Below are positions 58,424 through 64,000 of a DNA stretch of 64,000 bases, piece by piece. This stretch comes from Candidatus Omnitrophota bacterium (GTDB lineage: Bacteria > Omnitrophota > Gorgyraeia > Gygaellales > Profunditerraquicolaceae), in the NCBI GenBank assembly GCA_028712255.1, contig JAQTQJ010000007.1, forward strand, positions 10,425-74,424. Reading direction: 5' to 3'. The position numbers were made by a program, and so were the translations under genes. The notes below the pieces were generated by a model. The model ran no database searches. It was not told the DNA's origin and worked only from the letters and a program-made list of their open reading frames with translations. Position 1 is the stretch's first letter. Each line of letters starts with the position of its first letter.

Positions 58424-60289
58424 ATGAGAAAAGAAGAAGTTATAATTTCCACTCCTTACGTTAATTTAAGAAAAATTAAAGTTTTGCTGAAGGGGCGGCA
58501 AGGTAAAAGGTGGGTGTATTTTGGAAGTAATTTTAAGGTATTAACTTATATTGAGCAACAATTAGCCGACAACTTTGCCTGTATTGATATAATAGAAATT
58601 CACAAAAGCATAGCGGATAGCATAAAAGCTGAGTATGTGTCGTGGGTAGATGAACTTAATAGAAAATATGGTAACGAGCTAGACTGGTGGTTAGGAGCGG
58701 TGTTTTCAAGAAATAATTATACAAGTGACTTATTTCAGTTTACATGTTACTTAGAAATATTAAAACGATTATTACTTAGAGATGGTGTTTTGCCTGATTT
58801 AGTATTTGTTGAATCAGCAGGGTTTGCTAAAGATTTAGGAAATTGGGCTAAGAAAAATGGCATTAGTGTCATAATTAAACATAAATCATTTAGTATTGTT
58901 TCTGTTGCAAGTTTATTTAAGCCGTTACTAGATTGGTTGAGATTTATTATAATTTCTACTATCCGTAATTTTGCTGCTTTTATTACCAGAGGTATTTCTA
59001 AAAAAGATGAATGTTTCTTTAAAAATTCTACGCTTATCCATACATTTATTTTCAAAAATTCTTTAACCAAAGATGGTATTCTAACTGATCGTACTTTGCC
59101 TTTCCTCCATGATTATGCTTTTCGTCATGGTTTGAATATTGTTATTCATCCGATTCTTTATGGTTTTAATTGTTCATATCTCGCTGTTTATAGAAAAATG
59201 CGCAGCAGCAGGACTCCTTTTATAATCAAAGAAGATTTTCTGCGATTCACGGATTATTTGCTGGCTTTTACATATCCGTTCAGATCCTTGAGAAAGAAAA
59301 TAGAATTTAAAGATTTTAGATCCTGCAGTTTTTTTAATAGTATACAAGAGATGAGATCGAAAGAATGTTTTTCACCCGCGATGGAAGCAGTATTGGCATA
59401 TCAATTGTTCTTAAGGTTAAGCAAAACCGCCTTTGACCCGTGCTATTTTGTGCTTTGGTTTGAAAACCAGGTTATTGATAAAGCGCTTATAGCTGGGATC
59501 AGGAAATTTTTTCCTAAAGTAAGAATATCCGGTGCTCAAATGTTTTTACACCCACCAAATTTATTAAGTGTTTTTCCTTGTCAATCTGAGATAGAAGCTG
59601 GAACTGCTCCGGATTCAATAGTTGAAACGAGTCAATATCAATGCAAAAGGGCAAGCATTTTTACCAGCTCTATTTCTTGCAGAGTAGGTGGAGCATTAAG
59701 GTATGATCATATATTTAGACAGGTTAGGGATTTTCAGCTAGTGCGGAATAAAGAAAAGATTATTTTTGTCGCCCTTCCTTTTCATATACCGAATGTAATA
59801 GAAATACTTTTTATGTTAAAAGGCTCGCTAACTTACATAAAACACAATGTGGTTATATTGATAAAAACTCATCCTGATTATGATGAAAAAACAATTAAAA
59901 AATTATTTGTTGGATCAGGGTGGCCGAAAGTCTTTCAGATATATAAGGCAAGTGTGGCCGAAGGGTTAAAAAATGCATCCTTAATGATATCCGCTAACTC
60001 AAGTGTTATGATAGAAGCTATTTCATATGGCATTCCCTCAATTTATATCGGGAGCAGAATAATGATTAACCAGAACATTTTAAAAGATATTGATACGCCT
60101 ATTTCGCGTGAGTGCTACTCTTCAGAAGAATTAGCGCAAGCGGTAAATGCTTATATTGACGTTTTGCCTTTTAAGAGTGAAGAATTTAAGAAAATCGGGG
60201 AGAAAATACGAGATTTATATTTCACTCCCGTATCTGATGATACTTTGGCATCATTTTTTGAATTAACGGAAAAAAATAAAACACTATAG
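58424..60289 (+). CDS. Hypothetical large protein, GT-B-like (possible KpsC/KpsS-type ulosonic-acid transferase)
   Basis: 621 aa. C-terminal 'ASLMISANSSVMIEAISYGIPSIYIGS' is GT-B-like. Its position immediately after the KdsB-like gene supports a transferase role. Confidence 0.35.
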   Translation: MRKEEVIISTPYVNLRKIKVLLKGRQGKRWVYFGSNFKVLTYIEQQLADNFACIDIIEIHKSIADSIKAEYVSWVDELNRKYGNELDWWLGAVFSRNNYTSDLFQFTCYLEILKRLLLRDGVLPDLVFVESAGFAKDLGNWAKKNGISVIIKHKSFSIVSVASLFKPLLDWLRFIIISTIRNFAAFITRGISKKDECFFKNSTLIHTFIFKNSLTKDGILTDRTLPFLHDYAFRHGLNIVIHPILYGFNCSYLAVYRKMRSSRTPFIIKEDFLRFTDYLLAFTYPFRSLRKKIEFKDFRSCSFFNSIQEMRSKECFSPAMEAVLAYQLFLRLSKTAFDPCYFVLWFENQVIDKALIAGIRKFFPKVRISGAQMFLHPPNLLSVFPCQSEIEAGTAPDSIVETSQYQCKRASIFTSSISCRVGGALRYDHIFRQVRDFQLVRNKEKIIFVALPFHIPNVIEILFMLKGSLTYIKHNVVILIKTHPDYDEKTIKKLFVGSGWPKVFQIYKASVAEGLKNASLMISANSSVMIEAISYGIPSIYIGSRIMINQNILKDIDTPISRECYSSEELAQAVNAYIDVLPFKSEEFKKIGEKIRDLYFTPVSDDTLASFFELTEKNKTL

Positions 60290-60298
60290 AGTATTGTT

Positions 60299-60316
60299 AT
60301 TTGGTAATACCCAAAT
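60299..60316 (+). terminator. Weak hairpin (atttgg-taatac-ccaaat) in a 69-nt intergenic gap
   Basis: Perfect 6-bp inverted repeat with a 6-nt loop. It is AT-rich with no clean T-tract, so a terminator role is doubtful. Confidence 0.15.
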
Positions 60317-60358
60317 TAAAAATTAAGGAACGTTTAATTAAAAGAAAACAGCTACTGA

Positions 60359-61813
60359 ATGAAAATAAATAAAATTCTTCTTATTAATCCTCCTTATTAT
60401 ATTGCGAAGAGTCAAATGAATTATTGGCCTTCATTTCCATTGGGCATGGGATATATTGCTGCTTATTTGGAGAAAAAAGGTTATTCGGTACAGATTATAG
60501 ATGCTTTTGGAGAAGGTTATAACAATAAAGTTGCCCATGGAGAAAACCATTTTTGTGTCGGCCTTTCATATAGCGAGATTATTTCTAAAATATCTGATTA
60601 TGCACCGGATATCATCGGTATCTCGAATCTTTTTTCAGCACAGCACTACTCGATGCACTCCATGGCTAAGGTCATAAAATGTCATGATAACACTATCCCC
60701 GTTGTAGTTGGCGGGCCGCATGTTTCAGCAGTGCCAGAATTGGTTATGATGGATTCAAATATAGATTATGGAATTCTTGGCGAGGGGGAGTATGTATTTT
60801 TTGAGTTAATAAGCGCATTAAACAACGCTAGGGATTTAAAGGAAGTTGCAGGGATTGCATATCGTGATAATGGCGCGATTAGGTTGAACAGGCCACAGGA
60901 GTTCATTGAAAAATTGGATCAAATACCATATCCGGCGTGGCATTTGTTTAAAATGGATAAGTACTTATATCAGAAAATGTCACATGGCGGTTCAGTAAAA
61001 AGACATCCTTTTATGACCATGCTTACCTCCAGAGGATGCCCTTATAATTGTTTTTTCTGTAGCGTTCGTGACACCTGGGGAAGGAACTTGAGAACTCGGT
61101 CTCTTGATAATGTAATTGGAGAAATTACCCTACTGCGAGAAAAATTCGGGGTGAAAGAATTGATTATTGTTGATGATAATTTTAATTTCGACACTGACAG
61201 ATTACACGGAATCCTTGATTACTTAATTAAAAAAAGAATGGATTTGACATTTGAAATCCCAAACGGTCTGTTTATTAAAAAACTGGACGAGGCTATTTTA
61301 GCTAAGATGAAGGCAGCTGGTGTTAAGCGCATATTTTTCCCGATTGAATCTGGTAACGAGCATGTGAGAAATAATATTATTAAAAAACCGCTGGATATTG
61401 AAGCTGTTAAAGAACTTGTGGCGTATTGTCGTAAGATTAACCTTGAGTCTTGCGCGTATTTTATAGTAGGTCTCCCAGAAGAAACAAGGAAGCAGATTGA
61501 AGATACCTTTCAATTGGCGCGAAAGTTAAAAATAATGTGTTATTTTTCTGTGGCTACCCCATTCCCAGGTTCCGCGCTTTATAATTATGTAAAAGAAAAG
61601 GGACTATTGAGATCATATGAGATTGAGCAGTGTTCTGATGAGTACAATATTCTCGGTTCCGATTGGAGCGCTGATGAATTGAGGAAAATGGTATTTTATG
61701 AATCGCTAAAGATTAATTATAAAGCTAAGTTATTGACCTGTTTGAAAGAGCCTTTTAGTATTCCGGGAAGAGCTTGTAAGTATCTAAATAAGAATATTTT
61801 TTATAAAACCTAA
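60359..61813 (+). CDS. B12-binding domain radical SAM enzyme
   Basis: 'TSRGCPYNCFFCSV' CxxxCxxC motif. N-terminal B12-binding-like 'IIGISNLFS', 'VVGGPHVS'. Confidence 0.85.
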   Translation: MKINKILLINPPYYIAKSQMNYWPSFPLGMGYIAAYLEKKGYSVQIIDAFGEGYNNKVAHGENHFCVGLSYSEIISKISDYAPDIIGISNLFSAQHYSMHSMAKVIKCHDNTIPVVVGGPHVSAVPELVMMDSNIDYGILGEGEYVFFELISALNNARDLKEVAGIAYRDNGAIRLNRPQEFIEKLDQIPYPAWHLFKMDKYLYQKMSHGGSVKRHPFMTMLTSRGCPYNCFFCSVRDTWGRNLRTRSLDNVIGEITLLREKFGVKELIIVDDNFNFDTDRLHGILDYLIKKRMDLTFEIPNGLFIKKLDEAILAKMKAAGVKRIFFPIESGNEHVRNNIIKKPLDIEAVKELVAYCRKINLESCAYFIVGLPEETRKQIEDTFQLARKLKIMCYFSVATPFPGSALYNYVKEKGLLRSYEIEQCSDEYNILGSDWSADELRKMVFYESLKINYKAKLLTCLKEPFSIPGRACKYLNKNIFYKT

Positions 61814-61880
61814 ATTTATTCCAGAACTATTTATTTTCAAGCTTATTATGAGGGACTGATCACATTATCAATAAATTATC

Positions 61881-63380
61881 ATGAAAAAGATAAAAAAAGT
61901 TTTATTATTTATTCCACCAGCCATAACCTTTAAAGATAGGATAGACATAAATCCTCTGCCGCCATTAGGGTTGGGATATTTGGGAGCAATTCTTGAAGAA
62001 AATGGCATTGGAGTAAAAATAGTTGATTGTTTGATTGAGGGTTGGGATAACCGAATTAAAGTAACAGATGACTTAATACGGATTGGCCTTTCGTTTGAAG
62101 ATATTGAAAAGATCATCCGGCATTATTCTCCGGATATAGTAGGGGTTAATAATTTATTTACGAAACAACGTGAAAATGCGCATAAAATCTATTCAATCGC
62201 TAAAAAAGTTAACAGGGATATTATAACGGTTGCTGGAGGAGCGCATCCTACGGTGATGCCAGAGTTGGTTCTTGCTGATAAGAATGTTGATTATGTGGTT
62301 ATAGGAGAGGGAGATTGGACTATAATTGAGCTTGTACATTTGATTGAAGGAGAAGCTGATATTCTTGCTCTCGATGGGGTTGGTTATAGAGAAAACGGAG
62401 AAATTAAAATTATACCCAAAACCAGGTTTATTGAAAATTTAGATATTTTGCCTTTTCCAGCTTGGCATCTTTTAAACATGGAAAAGTATTTTGGATTAGA
62501 AGCTTCTCATGGTAACCGTAGGAGAAAACGATTCTCGCCTATTATAACGTCGCGTGGTTGTCCGGCGCAATGCACATTTTGTTCTGCTTATGCGGTTTGG
62601 GGCAGGGGTTTTCGCTACCGGTCAGCGGAAAATGTCATTCAGGAGCTTAAACGACTAAAACAAACATATGGTATCGAAGAGATAATGTTTGAAGATGATA
62701 ACTTAACTTTAAATCCGAAGCGTGCAGAGGAGATATTTGATTTAATGATCAGTGAACATTTGAATATGGAATGGGATACTCCTAATGGCATTGCCGCATG
62801 GACACTTAATGAAAATCTTCTTGATAAGATGAAAGCAAGCGGCTGTCGTGGTTTAAATTTTGCTCTCGAATCCGGGAATCAGTATGTTTTAGACACAATT
62901 ATTAAAAAGCCATTAAATCTTGGAAAGGTCAAGCCGCTCGTACGATATGCTAAAAGAATAGGTTTGGATGTTGGTATATTTTTAGTTGTTGGTATGCCCG
63001 GTGAAACCGAAGAACAGATATGGGATAGTTTTCGGATGGCAGCAGAACTGGGCATTTATACGCCTCATATTTCAATCGCAACACCATATCCTGGTTCAGA
63101 GCTGTATGACTTGTGTAAAGAAAGGCAATTATTTCGTCCAGATTTTTCTCTAGATGATCTTTATATCAGGAGCTTTTCAATATCAACAGATGGATTAGGT
63201 ACCCAAAAGCTCAAAAAAATACTTGCGGACGGTCAGCAGTTTCTATTAATATCTTTTTTGAAAAATAAACCCTTCGTCTTTTTTAAGGTTTGTATGGTAA
63301 AATTATTAAGAAATCCGGGAGTTTTTATAAAAAAGATATTAAATTTTATCCGGTTAAAGGATTGGGCTAAATTGAGATGA
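61881..63380 (+). CDS. B12-binding domain radical SAM enzyme
   Basis: 'TSRGCPAQCTFCSA' CxxxCxxC motif. N-terminal 'IVGVNNLFT', 'VAGGAHPT'. Paralog of 60359-61813. Confidence 0.85.
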   Translation: MKKIKKVLLFIPPAITFKDRIDINPLPPLGLGYLGAILEENGIGVKIVDCLIEGWDNRIKVTDDLIRIGLSFEDIEKIIRHYSPDIVGVNNLFTKQRENAHKIYSIAKKVNRDIITVAGGAHPTVMPELVLADKNVDYVVIGEGDWTIIELVHLIEGEADILALDGVGYRENGEIKIIPKTRFIENLDILPFPAWHLLNMEKYFGLEASHGNRRRKRFSPIITSRGCPAQCTFCSAYAVWGRGFRYRSAENVIQELKRLKQTYGIEEIMFEDDNLTLNPKRAEEIFDLMISEHLNMEWDTPNGIAAWTLNENLLDKMKASGCRGLNFALESGNQYVLDTIIKKPLNLGKVKPLVRYAKRIGLDVGIFLVVGMPGETEEQIWDSFRMAAELGIYTPHISIATPYPGSELYDLCKERQLFRPDFSLDDLYIRSFSISTDGLGTQKLKKILADGQQFLLISFLKNKPFVFFKVCMVKLLRNPGVFIKKILNFIRLKDWAKLR

Positions 63381-64000
63381 AAAAAAATATCAGGCTTTCA
63401 AAATCAGTGGTTGGTTTGTTAGAGAAAAAGGCATTAAGTAAAGTAATTGATGATTCTTATCTTGGGATGGGAAGTTTTGTCAGGGATTTTGAAAAGTCTA
63501 TCGAAAAATATATCGGCGCAGGTAAAGCTATTTGTGTTAACTCCGGAACTGCCGCGTTACACCTTGCCCTGATGAGTATTGGCCTTGTTCCTGGTGATGA
63601 AGTTTTGGTACAATCGCTTACTTTTGTGGCTTGTTTTCAGGCAATAAGCGCTGTAGGAGCTGTCCCTGTAGCTTGTGAAGTTATACCGGAAACCTGTATG
63701 ATAGATTTGAAAGACGCCAAAAAGCGAATTACTAAAAGAACTAAAGCAATTATGCCAGTTCATTATGCCAGCAGAACCGGTAATCTTGAAGAAGTCTATA
63801 GATTTGCAAAAGAACATGGGCTCAGGGTTATAGAAGATGCTGCGCATGCTTTTGGGACAGTATATAAAGGTAAAAAGGTCGGTTCATTTGGCGATGTAAT
63901 TTGTTTTAGTTTTGATGGTATTAAGAATATCACTTGTGGTGAAGGAGGGGCAGTTGTAACTAAAGATGCAAAAGTAGCTGAATTTGTGATGGATGCCAGG
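63377..64000 (+). CDS. DegT/DnrJ/EryC1/StrS-family sugar aminotransferase, 3'-truncated by window edge
   Basis: 'VNSGTAALHLALMSIGLVPGDEVLVQSLTFVA' is the DegT N-terminal signature. The ORF runs to the window end. Confidence 0.8.
   Translation, partial: MKKNIRLSKSVVGLLEKKALSKVIDDSYLGMGSFVRDFEKSIEKYIGAGKAICVNSGTAALHLALMSIGLVPGDEVLVQSLTFVACFQAISAVGAVPVACEVIPETCMIDLKDAKKRITKRTKAIMPVHYASRTGNLEEVYRFAKEHGLRVIEDAAHAFGTVYKGKKVGSFGDVICFSFDGIKNITCGEGGAVVTKDAKVAEFVMDAR

Noticed and set aside
1-64000. Search for CRISPR arrays, tRNA/rRNA genes, IS elements and integrases.
   Set aside because: No short direct-repeat/spacer periodicity was found. No tRNA-like or rRNA-like conserved stretches were found. 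No transposase or integrase motifs (DDE, tyrosine recombinase R..H..Y) appear in any frame. The coding density leaves no room for such elements.

Overview
The window is one continuous, co-directional glycan-biosynthesis supercluster. It has about 62 CDSs, all on the + strand, most separated by 0-30 nt or overlapping stop/start codons (ATGA, TAATG). No rRNA, tRNA, CRISPR array or recognisable mobile element is present. The DNA is AT-rich, and the source organism cannot be assigned from sequence alone.

Recognisable modules, in order:
- (i) A partial PfkB sugar kinase, an SDR epimerase, a pyruvate-dehydrogenase-like E1 alpha/beta pair, a B12-binding radical SAM enzyme, an SDR, methyltransferases, a YerE/acetolactate-synthase-like ThDP enzyme, a Nudix hydrolase, an RmlD-like reductase and a Zn-ADH.
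- (ii) A Wzx-like flippase fused to a ~400-aa domain that is repeated as a stand-alone paralog immediately downstream.
- (iii) A GDP-heptose-type module: GHMP heptose kinase, a fused nucleotidyltransferase-GmhB phosphatase, an RmlC-like 3,5-epimerase, a TylC3-type sugar C-methyltransferase, epimerases and a GT2.
- (iv) A second E1 alpha/beta pair with epimerases, Wzy/O-antigen-ligase-like membrane proteins, an AsnB-like amidotransferase, SPASM-type radical SAM enzymes and more methyltransferases.
- (v) A nonulosonic-acid (pseudaminic/legionaminic-like) module: DegT aminotransferase, SDR, PIG-L deacetylase, CMP-NulO synthetase, a radical SAM enzyme, WbqC-like, NeuB-like and PseG-like proteins.
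- (vi) A Wzx flippase, a large hypothetical protein and a B12-rSAM.
- (vii) An unusual block: HpcH-family aldolase, a DRE-TIM aldolase fused to a DUF115-like domain, an Fe-S ferredoxin-domain protein, a HAD phosphatase, a KdsB-like cytidylyltransferase and a 621-aa GT-B-like protein.
- (viii) Two tandem B12-rSAM genes followed by a partial DegT aminotransferase.

The most striking points are six B12-binding radical SAM paralogs plus two further radical SAM enzymes, and three separate ThDP-dependent systems, all inside one polysaccharide locus. Together with the candidate non-canonical CMP-activated keto-acid sugar pathway in block (vii), this suggests a heavily C-branched, C-methylated and otherwise decorated glycan whose chemistry is largely undescribed.
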